A stretch of 64,000 nucleotides of DNA, taken from positions 1,054,001 to 1,118,000 of the forward strand of contig JAKMXF010000321.1 of the NCBI GenBank assembly GCA_024704765.1. Direction: 5' to 3'. Positions 1-13,197 of the stretch are shown here, piece after piece (the stretch's first letter is position 1; the number at the start of each line of letters is the position of its first letter). The position numbers and the translations under genes were made by a program. Origin of the DNA: Oopsacas minuta (lineage: Eukaryota > Animalia > Porifera). Below the pieces are notes generated by a model. That model was not told the DNA's origin. It did not search any database and saw nothing but the letters and a program-made list of their open reading frames with translations.

Positions 1-32
1 GAAACATATTTTTCAAGAAGTAAGCAAGTAGC

Positions 33-723
33 CAGTGGTGTCCTGCTGTGGGAGTGGATGAGAGCGCCGCTCCCATACTTTTTTTAACAAATCAATTGGC
101 AAGTAACAATTACTTCACAAGTTACTGAATTTGTGTCCTGATATCTACAGTAGCATACAATCAATATTTGAAATCAATTGAAATTTGTTCCAAATATAAT
201 TAAGTCGAATTGAGAGAGCAAATGTTTACTTTATAGCAACGTGAATATATCTTAGAAGTTATTCCATGCAACTCATCTGAATGCGAATGGGGGCTCAATT
301 AAATGAATATCATATTGGATGAGAAACGAACCCGGCTTACAATAGAACACGTTTCTTCTTTGCTGTTTATCTAGCTTAATGGTCCACCACTGACTATTTG
401 GAGACCATTGGAATATTCTAAATATTGGCTCTTGTACCATAATTCAGTAACAGATATCCATGGATTGAAATCCAAAATTTCTGAGCCCATAAACAAGAAG
501 AAATTTGACAGTATTATTAGTTAAATAATTTTGGGTACTCAATCACTTGTTAGAACTCTATTCAGATTTACTACTAAACCTTTGATATTATTCATATCTT
601 ATCTTATTAATTCAATTACCAGTATATTGTTTGAATTTTGTATTCGAAATTAGGATATATTCAATTGAAATTGAAATTTTGAAATACCACTCCCATACTT
701 ATAATTAGAGCAGGACATCCCTG
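33..723 (+). mobile_element. Non-autonomous hAT deletion derivative carrying the decayed C-terminal dimerisation domain of a ZNF862-like transposase
   Basis: Perfect 8-bp TSD CAAGTAGC at 25-32 and 724-731. Imperfect TIR CAGTGGTGTCCTGCT vs CAGGGATGTCCTGCT. 258-522 translates VIPCNSSECEWGLN*MNIILDEKRTRLTIEHVSSLLFI*LNGPPL, a hAT dimerisation motif with 2 stops. Confidence 0.85.
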
Positions 724-1007
724 CAAGTAGCTATACATTTACTAAATCTATCACCCTCACATTTGTATTCATAAATACATGTTGACGTCACTGATAATTA
801 ATCAATTATCAGTATTATTATAATTATCACTTTCATGACTTTAATCTTATGGGGAAAGGAATATATTCTCACCAATTTTGTGGAATGGGACGATTTATGA
901 ATGATAGTAATTACTGGATCTACGCCATTGATTGTATACTAATTAATTCTGTTTGACATAATTCAGACAATTATTTTCGAATAATCGTTTTACTCTAATT
1001 TATAGTA

Positions 1008-1460
1008 CATTAGAACCTCTATAAGTGGGGGAGGACTGGACGGCGAATTTAATTTAATTAAAATGTCCTTTAACCAACGAGATTTTTAGTCCAAATTTCT
1101 TGCCACTTTCTTCAACGACTGTTTTCAATGATATTTGATTATTATGCTATGCCCTATGTTTGTTGGTTGAATATATAAATTTGTAACAAATTTTCTTCTG
1201 AGAAACCTAAAGATTTCTATTTCTATTAATCATAGCAATAAATCTTTTTTGATTATTCAAGAAATATATCCTAGAATTCAATCCTTATGAGGTAAATGTC
1301 AATGGTTTGAGGCATAATAATCTCTAAAGTATGCCCAATCCCCACTTCCCTGCTATAGAGGTTCGTTTTTATTGAAATGAATGAAGGTGAACCAAATTAC
1401 TTCGCTTATATAGGTTCCCATATATGGAAACCCGCTTATAGCTATATAGAGGTTGCAGTG
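1008..1460. mobile_element. Degenerate pogo/Tc1-like MITE
   Basis: Ends CATTAGAACCTCTATAAG ... TATATAGAGGTTGCAGTG, preceded by TA. A related segment lies at ~6650-6750. Confidence 0.4.
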
Positions 1461-1602
1461 CATCGTAGTTCACGATAATATATAATTGTATTTACTTGTA
1501 TAGAATTTAATCCTATGATTTCTAATTGAAATTCTAACTCTTTATGCTCTGGGTTGGAATGCTAATAATTGTTTTATCACTCTAGGACATTCTCCCTTCA
1601 AT

Positions 1603-2001
1603 ATGACAACCAGCAGCTTACCTTCTCACAAGGAGAGCTTCCTACCTCTCAGATCTGTAGAGACAACTACAGCTAGCTACATTCTATCAGAGACTCCTAC
1701 AGCTCCTATTGTATCTACTCCTGCAGTAAAAACTAGTTCATTACGTCACAAAAGTTTTCAACCATCCTCTACCCCTCTCACAAAGACAAATACAGACACA
1801 CCCCTCAATATACCACAACACCACTACTTCACACGTGCTAAGGCACCCTCCACTCCAAAGGTTGAGATACGGAATTCTCCTATCAATTTCCTGCACACAG
1901 TCCCTGTTGAGAAACAGACTAAACCCCCTAAAGTCACTTTATTCAACAAGAGCGGTAGTTTGAGACGGAGTCAGCGCTTAAAGGATCGCTCTTCAAACTA
2001 A
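1603..2001 (+). CDS. Ser/Thr/Pro-rich low-complexity ORF, possibly a terminal exon or a retroelement tail
   Basis: 132-aa ORF preceded by an acceptor-like tctag at ~1582-1586. Basic motifs HHYFTRAK and LRRSQRLK; no folded domain recognised. Confidence 0.3.
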   Translation: MTTSSLPSHKESFLPLRSVETTTASYILSETPTAPIVSTPAVKTSSLRHKSFQPSSTPLTKTNTDTPLNIPQHHYFTRAKAPSTPKVEIRNSPINFLHTVPVEKQTKPPKVTLFNKSGSLRRSQRLKDRSSN

Positions 2002-3339
2002 TAAATCTCATTAATTTACTTCAACTTTATACTCTACTCACTGCACAACTGAGATTGCATTGATTGGTAGAATAATCGTAGCATGAAGTCCTTATTTCTT
2101 TATTTCAACTTTCAACTCATTAGTAGGCATCATGTGTATTAAACTTTTAAATAGTTATATTTCATTTTAACACGTTCGCAACGGGTCACAAAAATTTTTC
2201 AAAAATCACCTTTATCGTTATCTTGAGGTGCAGGACATATAATACCTTCCAAGGGAAAATCAAATTTGTTCGAATTAACGGTTGTCGATTATATTTGGAC
2301 AGGTGGATGCAGTATAAAAGGTTAATGCGCTTAGTACTACATGTTCTTGCTCTTGTTTTGTTGAAATGAATGAATAAGTATAAATTATCTCCAACAGGAC
2401 TAAATCAAGAATCATGGAAAATCAGAGAATTTTGATCTGCAGAGCTAACTAAATAAGAATTGTTCACTCTGTTCGATCCATAATGAATTGGAATTGATAT
2501 AATAGTGTATATATATTTACAAAGTTGCAGCGTGAGTGATAGGCTTATTTAGAGAGATGCTAAATGTCCCCGAAACGTGCTGAAGCGTAATTCCAGCTTG
2601 TGGCAGTATCGAATAATAAGAATTTGCTAGGTCACATTCCAAACCAAACCAACATTGCTTAATATAATTCCGTCCCGCTGATTAAATTTAATGTTTATAG
2701 GTATATTCATAATTGTAGCATTTTGAAATTTTAGAATATGAAACTGTCATAATTCTAAAATGAATCTCAAAATACTAAGCAATTGATGAATAGATTAATT
2801 GTGTTTCAATAGTATAGACCAGAGGTGAACCGGTATAATTTTTGTATTCTAAATTTGTAGTATTTGGATAAGGTGTACACGATTGACTCGGATTACCCAA
2901 GTTGACTCAATAAATCGGGATCTACTAGATTTCTAATAAGCTAGATTAGAGTACAACCTTTCATTGATTTTATTGTTATCTCTTTCCACAATGTTTACTA
3001 CAGGCTCTCTAAAATATCATAATTCAACAATACAAATAGTACAACCAATTTCTAGAATCGGTTTTGGATAATACCAAAAACTGTAAATTGTTGGCAATCA
3101 AATTGGACCCCGAGCTCCGGAGTTCCGCTCCTACAATTGGAGACTTGCGTTCCTGGTTCATAAATAGAGCTCGCTCCAGGTCCCGCTCCTTTAATGATCT
3201 GGTGATCACCGATTAGCGAGATTCATTTGTATGCAATTTTATGCAATCAAGAAAATATTTCCTTGTTCCCGGTTAGCGAGGTTATTTGTAGTAAAACAAT
3301 ACTATTTACCACTGGCCTTTTTACGATTAGAAGAGAAAT

Positions 3340-3390
3340 TCATAATCTTTCTCTAAGGGGGAAATAGTGCAAAAAGGTTAAGAACCACTG
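3340..3390. mobile_element. hAT (Charlie-like) terminal fragment
   Basis: AAAAAGGTTAAGAACCACTG is a typical hAT 3' end. A similar 5'-type end CAGTGTTTCTCGACTTTTT starts at 63874. Confidence 0.35.
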
Positions 3391-3598
3391 ATCTAGGATA
3401 TCCATCTCCTCCTTAGCATTCTCAATATTATTAAGTACCAAATATGTCACTACATGATCTACTACTAGGAACCCTTTATTCGAATTTACATTGACTTCAT
3501 CTGGTTTTTTATCACATTTGTCCTAACTGACCTTTTAGCTGGGATTCACCAGTCTAAATCTCGACCGGTTCAATCTCTAATATGGACTATGGATTAAT

Positions 3599-4744
3599 AT
3601 GTCAAGCAGTTTGTTTATAGAAATGGATGAGGGTGATGACGTCGTTCCAATTGTGATAGATAGTGGTGCCAGAGGAACAAAAGCAGGTTTTGGTGGAGAA
3701 AACTTTCCTCGGGTAGTTTTCCCCAGTAATGTAGGTAGGGTTCGTCACCAGGGAGTAATGGTAGGCATGGGACTGCGTGATGTATATGTGGGAGAGGAAG
3801 CTCAGAGTAAAAGAGCTATTCTAATGCTCAAAAATCCTATTGAACACGGTATAGTGGCTAATTGGGATGATATGGAAAAGATATGGCATCACACATTCTA
3901 CAATGAACTAAGGGTCGCTCCAGAAGAACACCCTGTCTTACTCACTGAGGCTATTTTCAATCCAAAAGCTAACCGAAAGATGACTGCACAAATAATGTTT
4001 GAGACATTCAACAATCCTGCATTGTACATTTCCAACAATCAGGTGCTATCTTTGTACTCAAAAGGCAATACCACAGGAGTTGTAGTGGATTCAGGACTCG
4101 ATTCAACACGAATAGTACCCATATACAAGGGACATGTGCTGGGCTATAGTGTTGAAAGACTGGATATTGGAGGGGGACAGATTACTGACTATCTTATGAA
4201 ACTATTGACTGAATACGGGCATTCTTGGTGTTGTGGAGGTGAAACTGAATTGATGAATGACATCAAAGAAAAACTCGGTTACGCCAGAAAGAGCCTACCC
4301 AATGAAACAGGTGATGCTAACGTTGAGGTACTATATGAACTACCAGATGGACAGGAAATACCAATTAGAGAGGAACGATACAGATGTGTGGAGCCAGTAT
4401 TTAACCCCTCCCTGATCGGATCAGAAGAAAATAGTATCCACGTATCAACTAACAATGCAATATTGAAAAGTGATTCAGATCTTCATAAACACTTATACAA
4501 TAATATAGTATTGTCAGGGGGTAACACTATGTTCCCTGGAATAGCTGAGAGACTATACAGTGAAGTATCAAACTTGGCTCCGAGTACCGCATCCATCAGA
4601 GTAATAGCACATCCTGAAAGGAAATACAGTGCGTGGATTGGTGGATCTATACTTTCTTCAATTGATAGTTTTGAGAAAATCCTTATTCCAAAAGTTAGTT
4701 ATGATGAATATGGACCAGAGATTGTTGATAGGAAATTTTTCTAG
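3599..4744 (+). CDS. Divergent actin / actin-related protein, intronless, 381 aa
   Basis: Actin signatures throughout: [82 protein letters not shown]-terminal RKFF. Confidence 0.95.
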   Translation: MSSSLFIEMDEGDDVVPIVIDSGARGTKAGFGGENFPRVVFPSNVGRVRHQGVMVGMGLRDVYVGEEAQSKRAILMLKNPIEHGIVANWDDMEKIWHHTFYNELRVAPEEHPVLLTEAIFNPKANRKMTAQIMFETFNNPALYISNNQVLSLYSKGNTTGVVVDSGLDSTRIVPIYKGHVLGYSVERLDIGGGQITDYLMKLLTEYGHSWCCGGETELMNDIKEKLGYARKSLPNETGDANVEVLYELPDGQEIPIREERYRCVEPVFNPSLIGSEENSIHVSTNNAILKSDSDLHKHLYNNIVLSGGNTMFPGIAERLYSEVSNLAPSTASIRVIAHPERKYSAWIGGSILSSIDSFEKILIPKVSYDEYGPEIVDRKFF

Positions 4745-5116
4745 CTATCATTTGTATGTATATAGGGAGTATGAATTTGAGTATGTCACGAAAAAAATGG
4801 CTAGGCCCGACCAAATTTGGCAGGCCAAAAATGGTGCCACTTGGATTTGTTTAGGAGTGGAGTTAAAACAGTTAACCGTCTAACAGTTCTACTAACGGTA
4901 ACTAACTATATCTTGCTAACACCTGCTGGCTAACTTTCCATGGGCTTCTTCTGACTGCCCTGTGTATCATGGAGTGCTACACTGCCAGCTGCTGATGCTT
5001 CTCAAACTTATTATTCTCATTATTCTATTATCTATGTTCCGCGCCAAGACTTACCTCTATTGAAAATTTTTGGCGCGGAATATCTATACAAATCTATACT
5101 ATGTGTATTAGCAAGT

Positions 5117-5570
5117 ATGGTAACCTCACAACATAGGTATATTTGTGGTGGTGTCTGTGGCTTTGAAGCATGTCTACAGGAATTCCTAACCGAGAAGGAA
5201 CTTGACGATGCATGTATTTGAAATCTGAGTTATTATTTAATAGATGTGTGTATGTTTCCTAATACATGTAAGATACTATTTTATTTTCTCAGGTCCTCCA
5301 CGTAGAGTGACACACAATCAACCCAGCTTCCTCCTGATTGACAATCTCCCCAGGATAGCTTATGGAGAATTGTATAATCGTTTAGACAGATTGTGTGATA
5401 ACACGGGTGGGAAGATAGTTAATCTCGACCAAATGATGGGAGTTATCAGATTTTCTACTCTCGAGCTATGCATCAGAGCTCAAAAGAGATTGAATAACCA
5501 TTATCTTAGACAGGGGATGTGTCCTATTAGAGCTAGATTCTCTCCTGACACCATCCAAACATTTAGATGA
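5117..5570 (+). CDS. Small two-exon protein with a MARF1/limkain-b1-type RRM (exons 5117-5213, 5293-5570)
   Basis: LLIDNLP..LYNRLDRLCDNTGGKIV...VIRFS....RAQKRLNN resembles MARF1 RRM1 (NRLRRLSDNCGGKV..AERAQKRMEN). The phase-1 GT-AG intron joins in frame. Exon 1 is tentative. Confidence 0.6.
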
Positions 5571-7650
5571 ATTCAAATTAGGTTATAACACGTCTGTTAC
5601 AATCTCACTGTTATAGGTAAACTGATAGGCTATTTCTATTTATCACAATAGATTTTAGCTTGTTGGTGTTCTCACTTATTGGTACTGGAGTACGGAACGA
5701 GTTCTTAATTTCTTTTTATGTTTGTCGCAAATATATCACAATTTGTACAGTTGTATTAAATATAACAGCCACTCATTTCAGGTCCCTACTCCCAAGTGGA
5801 GATTTGTATTAATTCCGTTCCCCTATTAGCAACTAAAACTCGTGCAAAATACGAGTTGCTAATAAAGGAACTACAATGCAAGCCTAACTATCTGCATTCG
5901 TACACTAGCTTTCTGTGAAAATATGTATACATTACTTTATCACCTTTGGCTTACAAGTCATGGTTCGTAAATTCAGTATGTAATACATTGAATCATTCAG
6001 CTCAGGAAAGGCGGAAACTTTAGTCATGCAAGCTTCAGGTCCGGCCATCTTCCGTATCAGCTCAGCTCCGCCTGCGTTGCTAACTTTGTCCAAAGCCCAA
6101 ATTTTGAAAGATAAGAATTAGTGTTACCTCGTTTGGTTTCCTCCAGTTCAAGTGAGTCGCTAGGTTTATTTGGTTCTTGCTAGTTGGTGCTGGGGCTCTT
6201 GAGGTTTACCTACACTTGTGTAGGGTTTTTTCCTTAACTTAGAGGTCTTTCAGTGGGTGCCTTGCGTGGTGGTGGACTTGAGGGCCGCTGGTTCGCTAAG
6301 CACCAACCACTTCTGCCCAGGTGGGCTTGTTCCACTGCTCATGTGTGTCCTTCTGAAAAGTCTTCAGTGGCAGCCTCCTAGTGAAGGTTAAAATTTCACA
6401 CCTCGAATGTAAATTTAACAGCTTTCAGTTGGGGGCTCATATGTGTATCCGTGGCTGTCATTTCGCCTGGGTCATCTGTAGATCCCTTCGGGAGCATTTG
6501 GGTATTATATGTTGAGTGTTGCTCCTTGGTTCGGTACTGGTCCTTGCATTCCTCCGGGAACTCCGTTATCTAACCGTCGTAGCCTTCTAGCGGCATTGGA
6601 ATTTGTATATTTTAATTTGGAAGGTATTGTTAATCTTAATGTATGGCTATTCCCCATTCCCAGCTTATATAGGTTCGTTTCTATGTAGAAGTACGAAAGT
6701 CCACACAAATTGCCCGCACATATAGAGACCCCACTTATAGAGGTTGTATTGCATATAGAAGGACACACAGCCATAAAAACAGTATACTATACTTCCAAAG
6801 AAAGACATCTGGTTACCCTGGTGCATAGTCCGTGAGCTTTTTCTTCCATTCAAGCTTGTCAAATGGCGGCCAGGTCATGTCATGTTTTGACCTTTTGACA
6901 TGCCTTACCTGACCTAACTCAAAATGACCTTCATTTTCAAGTCATAAACAGCTAATTTGAGGCTAATTTCTGGTCAATTATGGAATTTATTCAAACAGCT
7001 ATACTAGACCGAATTTGAATATCATATCTTTATTTAATGGTATTCGTTTCTAAGTTCAATAATTCATAAAGAATGAATAATTCATCATCTAATATTAATT
7101 TTGGACAAGAAATATATTTTTAAGAGGTTTGACCAGCATTTGTAGCAAAAACTTGTATTATGGATGTAAAATTAGTTTCTCATCAGGAATTTCTTCGGAA
7201 AACTGGCACGGCGTGCCCCCCTGAAAAGAACAAAATACATAACCCTGAGCTGCACTAACAGTCTGTCGGCTGGACATTTTAAAATTAAATTCATTCTAGT
7301 AAATTATGCTAATTAGACTCTCAGTGTTATGTTAGGGTTACTTTTCTTATAAACTATTATCCTTTCTTGTATATATTTTGCACTATACCGAAAAACGGAG
7401 TTATGACCAGCATATTGAGAGTAATTGGTAGGTGGTCTCTGCAGTATACGGATTTACATGAAGAATAATCGGGTTTTAAGTAATCTTATTGAGTCACTAC
7501 TGTGCTACTATCCCACTTATAACTATTAATGTTTAGCTCTTCATTCGTGGTACACGGGGATTCTTATACAAATACAGTATAACATTGATAAGGCGTACCC
7601 CCTCAGGAAACAAAAATTAGTATGTAGCTAACCAGGAAATTATCTTGGAG

Positions 7651-7981
7651 CATAGGCGTAATTTTAGGGGCGACTGGGGTAGCCCGACACCCCAGTCTGA
7701 GGCAGTAGAACTGGAATAGGTTTGAATATAACAAATATTTTGGCTGTAAAATATTATAAAAATATTGAATTTATAACACTATGTCATAATTTAAAACTCT
7801 ATTCTCTTCTCCTCCGGTGTAGATTAGATGCAAAAATTGGTGATAATTATTGTGTTATTAGATCAATCTATTAAAATTTAAATCCTAAATGGAATAATTT
7901 CTCAATTGAAATTTAACCGATCTCAACATAGATCCCGCCACCCCAGAATTATCTCATTTTTCAGAAAAAGTTACGCCTATG
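7651..7981. mobile_element. hAT-type MITE (331 bp)
   Basis: TIR CATAGGCGTAA / TTACGCCTATG; 8-bp TSD TCTTGGAG vs TGTTGGAG (7/8). Confidence 0.75.
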
Positions 7982-8394
7982 TGTTGGAGCATAGGGATAT
8001 GACGTAGGACGCTCCTTTAGGCGTGTACTTTACTACTATAATTCAGGAGTGTTTTAACTTGCTGCTATTAACTGAATTAGTACTCTTTTGAGAATATTCT
8101 TCTTATAAATATGATTAGTGTAAAAATTGAATAATCCGTTTTTTTTAATATATTACTTTTAATCGAATCTCTGATTTATAAGATGTTATTTACTTGCTAC
8201 TCACCAGTAACTATTAATTATCTACATACATCTGTTAATTCAAACTCTCAAGGGGATAAAAATTTGGATGAATTAGTGATTTTAGTTACATTTTATATTC
8301 TCAATGGTTTCCGGTTGTACTCGGTTCTCCAACGCTTGGTTTAGCCCATGATGACATGTTGAAACCTAAGCTCTAGCATTCTTTTGAATTTTAC

Positions 8395-8580
8395 ATAGAA
8401 ATGCATGGAAATATGATTAATCACCTAAAAGGTGTGAAATTATACACATTTTCAAATGTCAGGTACACAACTAGTTGTCACTACGAGTATACATGCCAAA
8501 TTTGGTGAACTGCAGAGCGAACACATACATATTAACGTATATACAGACTTACTAAGAAAGTCAACCATTTGGAACTGTGC
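8395..8580. repeat. Dispersed repeat family (Helentron/HINE-like internal segment)
   Basis: AAATATGATTAATCACC.AAAAG.TGTGAAA followed by TGCCAA.TTT recurs at ~35222-35345. Confidence 0.4.
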
Positions 8581-8950
8581 AACTATACTAGAGTATAGTT
8601 GGCACATGCACAGTATATAAGTAAGATATGACTAATCTAAGAGCTTTCGTCTTGGGTTGCGCCAAGCAAATTCCTCCATCACCTCCTAGGGAATCGAAAG
8701 GACCTGTACTTTAGTTCGATATATCCAACGTATTATTATAAATGGAGTATATTTATGGTTTGAAGGTTCTGGGGGAATATTTCACTCCGATTTAAGCGGT
8801 TGTTTCGTTATATCCGACTCTATGTAAGGGTGAGTTGACTGTAAAGTAAATATGTGCATTATTAATATATTAATGAAGTTAATCTCTTATAGTAAACAGG
8901 TGATCTGTCCATATATAAGAAAATCTCTAATAAAGTTAGATATGTATGTA

Positions 8951-9185
8951 CCGTAAACTGGGACTACTTTGGCCTACTGGGTTGCTTTAGCCCAAATATC
9001 AAAGTTTCAAAGCAACTAGATTAGATTCAGTATTATACTTGAATATGACTTGCCAAATTTTTAACGAATTTTCAAATATCGATAGACAATTTCGAATACA
9101 AATACAATATCTATTCGATACGTAAGCAAATTTCAATATTTGGGCTAAAGCAAACCCAGTGGGCCAAAGTAGCCCCAGTTTACGG
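8951..9185. mobile_element. Tc1/mariner-type MITE
   Basis: ~50-bp TIRs (CCGTAAACTGGG.CTACTTTGGCC.ACTGGGTT...), TA on both flanks. A related copy lies at 56096-56298. Confidence 0.8.
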
Positions 9186-10080
9186 TATAGAATTTACAAA
9201 AGCGTAATTAAACTAAATATTTCCTGGATCAAACGGGGGGGCCGGCCCACATATCCTCACTTAATTATCTATTCTTTTAAATTCAAACCAAATTTTACTA
9301 AGCTAAGGGGGGGCGCTGCCCCCCGCCCCTGGGCATCTACCTCAATTATGATTCAATAAGGTCAAACAACATGTATATACAAATTTTGATGCTTTAGTCA
9401 ACTTCCAAGATTTTCGCTAAGCCATCGGACAATTAAAACTACTTCAAGGCATGAAGTGCTGAGTTTCACTCTAACATGAATTGTTCACAAGCAGCATGCA
9501 TGCTACGCTTGCTCTTCCTTACAAATCATAGTTAACAAGGTATAAACTTTCTCAAATTGAAAATTTTCACCAAATAATATCCTAAAAGGTCGACCACGTA
9601 ATATTCTCACAAATGCGTAGCCAAGGTGATCGTGCGCATCATATGAACTTGTTCAGGCTAAGCAGGATTAAAATGGTAAAATGTTTCCGGATCCTCAATA
9701 TGTTTAATCTCTGAATGTTTTCAGACAGTACTGTTTAATTTGAGACAATCTATGTATAATTAATCACTTTCTAGATTTGCCTGCCAAAAACATTCTGAAT
9801 CACGCGATACAATTCAGAAATATCTGTAGGATCATAGCCTCATAGCCTCACCAACCTTATAGAAGCCTACTCAGAATCAAGCAAAATCGCATATATTTAC
9901 ACTTTTAATGTTGTCGACCAGGCCATGCGCTTACGTAACGTCAGGACAAGCCCCTTATTCCTTAGATTTTTCTTACTATGCCCTCCCTTGAAACGTAACG
10001 TTTGAACGGCCCGGCAGAATAGTGTTTCTTTCACATTCTTTCACTATCGCTGTTATATTATAGTGTGTATATGTTATGGG

Positions 10081-10320
10081 CAATATGAGAAATTGGGCAT
10101 TATGCATAATGCCCAGGCAATATGCATAATGCTACTTTTTTAGTCAATATGCATAATGTCCAGGCAATATGCATAATGCTACTTTTTTAGTCAATATGCA
10201 TAATGTCCAGGCAATATGCATAATGCTACTTTTTTAGTCAATATGCATAATGCCCAGGCAATATGCATAATGTTACTCATATTGGACAATATGCATAATG
10301 CTACTCTCATTGGACAATAT
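10081..10320. repeat. Tandem array inside the left Ginger TIR (mirrored at ~12830-13150)
   Basis: Alternating units around CAATATGCATAATG (~45-bp composite), plus 28-bp units. Confidence 0.9.
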
Positions 10321-10484
10321 ACGAAATACAGTTATCCATAAGCAATATACAATTTTCTTATCTTGTTATCAGTAATTTTTATATAACAATATGTTTTGGC
10401 TAATTATTCTTCTATAAATACTCAGCTACTTGGCTTACATTTCTTCTTTGCTAATAGTACTATGAGGTCTCTATTTTCACAACT

Positions 10485-12553
10485 CTACTTATTACTGCAG
10501 CTTTGGTTGTTGTGACACCTACTGTGACATAGTCGATTTGAACGATAACACTTGCACGTAGTACGAAGACATGTCTTCTTACAAGAGCAATGAAACATCC
10601 CTTGACCTGTCCCAACTGATTCATTGCGTGCTACTTGTCGCAAAGAAATCTCTTTTCCTGTTTGGACATCATTTATCTCCAAGAATTTATCCAGGCATGG
10701 AGTAAATTGATTTCTGGTGTAATGCGAATTCAATTGGCCGTATTTTGTACCTAGCTTGTAGGTACCATTATGCTCAACTGCCACAACAACTGCTTTAATG
10801 TTTCGAAAGTCACCTTTACCTCGATCTACGTCGGGTAAAGGGACCATTACTGTATCCCCAATATTTGCTTGTTTGAATCGTTTTCTAGATTGCTCGAACA
10901 TTTTATCAGCCTGCACTCCTTGTATTCTTTTCGCTCCTTTTCGCTGCTGCGTAATTTGATTCGCTTGATGACATAGTCTGCATAATACAGCTGAACCAAA
11001 TCCTTCTTCTTCACTTCCATTGTTTACAGAACATGGTGGTATAGCATGGCAAAAAAGCCCACAAGACATACAAGTGTGCGCTCCACTGGATATTTGTTGA
11101 CATGATACACAATTATAGTTTGTTATTTCAGATTGTTGAGTGATTGATGCCGTGTCTGGGGCTATATCGTCTTGTCCTAACATCTGTTGCTTCGAATATT
11201 CTTCTTCTGAATTCAAAATTTCTTCTAATTGCTCTTCAGTATCTAGAATAGAAGCTGCATCGATTGTGAGGTTGGTTGAGACTACTCCTAGTTGTGGTCT
11301 TATCCCAAAAACAGCTTCATAAGGAGTCCTTCCAATTCCTAAGATAGTCCAAGTATAAATGCATACATACTATTTTATTGTACATTTTTGTTATAATTAT
11401 TTATCTTAAATATAGAATAATACCTGTATGTAGTCTTGTGTTAATTTTCCATTGGACGAATCTAAGTCCTTCTGACCATTTGGTTGAATTTTCGTCACGC
11501 ATCCAGCAAGCAAGTATTTCTTCGACGCTCCGATTTGCCCTCTCGACTGAGCCTTGTGACTGGGAGTGTCGAGGTTTTCCGTGGACTAATCGACACTCAG
11601 GCCAGAGATTTATTACTTCCTTCACAATCTTAAAAATGTAGCCAAAAGGTGTGAAAATAAGATTAATCAAATGATAAATCTATGTATAGGCTGATAATAT
11701 TCATTCTACACAATTTAACATACCTGATTCGCAAACTCACGGCCATTATCAGACTGTAGAATATGAGGTGCCCCTTTATCACAAAAAATATCAATCAGAT
11801 GATAAGCTACCCCTTCTGCACGTTTCGATTCTAGCGCTTTTAATGTTACAAACTTAGTAAGATGATCTTGATATGTCATAATGTATTTGTACTTGCCGTC
11901 TGGTTGGCTTTGCATATCAATAAGGTCAACCTTGATAGAAATAAGTTAATACAAACTGGAAATATTTCTCCGATTTACATGTCTAGTTCATTATACTTGT
12001 AGAAAACATGCTTCACTAGTCGGATTTTTGCAGCTACAATGCGAAATTTGTATAGATAAACAATATACCTCACCTGGCATCTCGAATTGAGCTGATTGCT
12101 AATGATTGGCTTGACGACAAGAGATTTTCTGACTTTACTTTTCTTGAGCTGGCATTTTTCGCAAAGTTGCAAATAGGTACAAATATGTTCTCTCGTAATG
12201 TTTGCATAATCTTCTGACAATTTATGTTCCATGAGTATTTTACCACTATGTCCAGTTGACAGGTGAGCTGCATGTATAATATCAAATAATTCCTCAAAGA
12301 AAACGAATTGTTGCTGCGATGCTTGTTTCTTAAGCTTTTTGATTATGATACCATCAACTTGAATTTCCAAAATTTCGAATTTTTTCACTAGTCTATAATC
12401 CTTTGGATTTTTTTGAATACTTTTATCTTCATCCAGGCTTTGTATTCGCTCTATTGTTGCTTGATAATCATCTTTGGTGAAAAATGACATGTTCCCTGCT
12501 TTATTCTTCACAGCTTCAGCTATTTTATTCATAAATATTTCTCGAGTATTCAT
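10485..12553 (-). CDS. Ginger2 integrase-like transposase, 4 exons (12553-12074, 11930-11724, 11628-11424, 11338-10485), 581 aa
   Basis: Three GT-AG introns give one open frame of 1746 nt. HHCC Zn module (HAAHLSTGH..CEKC), CQVDLID (D), SDNGREF (D), QSQGSVERAN (E), TPYEAVFG, a Cys-rich PHD-like segment and a C-terminal CXC cluster (CSCKKTC..CKC..CHSRCH). Confidence 0.88.
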
Positions 12554-13197
12554 TTGGTAATTGGGCTATATTCTGGAAAGTATGTTTATTCAGTGTTCAA
12601 GTATGCAATACAAAGTACTAGCAAGACACATGGCCAAATATAAAGGGTCCAAGGGAGACCACATAAAGTTGACGTACTAGGTTCAGAAGGACCACTTACG
12701 AGGTAGATTGTCCGACCAGAATGCATATAGCGGAATCTAGCATGATAGAATATCCTATATCTACGATCAGTTTTCATGAATTGAATTAATTAGAAGTCGC
12801 ATAATTATTACGAGGCACTCTAAAACTAGCATTATGCATATTCCCTGGATATTATGTACATCGTTCAATATGAGTAGCATTATGCATATTGTCCAATATG
12901 AGTAGCATTATGCATATTGTCCAATATGAGTAGCATTATGCATATTGTCCAATATGAGTAACATTATGCATATTGCCTGGACATTATGCATATTGACTAA
13001 AAAAGTAGCATTATGCATATTGCCTGGACATTATGCATATTGACTAAAAAAGTAGCATTATGCATATTGCCTGGACATTATGCATATTGACTAAAAAAGT
13101 AGCATTATGCATATTGCCTGGGCATTATGCATAATGCCCAATTTCTCATATTGCCCATAACATATATATATATATATTGATTAGTATAAATGTAACA

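Larger units (their letters stand above)
10072..13162 (-). mobile_element. Ginger2/TDD-type DNA transposon (Gypsy-integrase-like, KRBA2/SCAND3 family), full length
   Basis: TGTTA...TAACA termini; 4-bp TSD TATA; near-perfect ~245-bp TIRs made of CAATATGCATAATG-core tandem repeats; internal transposase gene. Confidence 0.9.

Noticed and set aside
2167-2340. TTAA-CACGTT piggyBac-like end
   Set aside because: No convincing partner end or TSD nearby.
6122-6420. Possible LTR (TGTTA...TAACA) followed by TGGGGGCTC resembling a tRNA-Pro PBS
   Set aside because: No TSD, no second LTR, the PBS match is only 9 nt and offset by ~9 nt, and no gag/pol follows.
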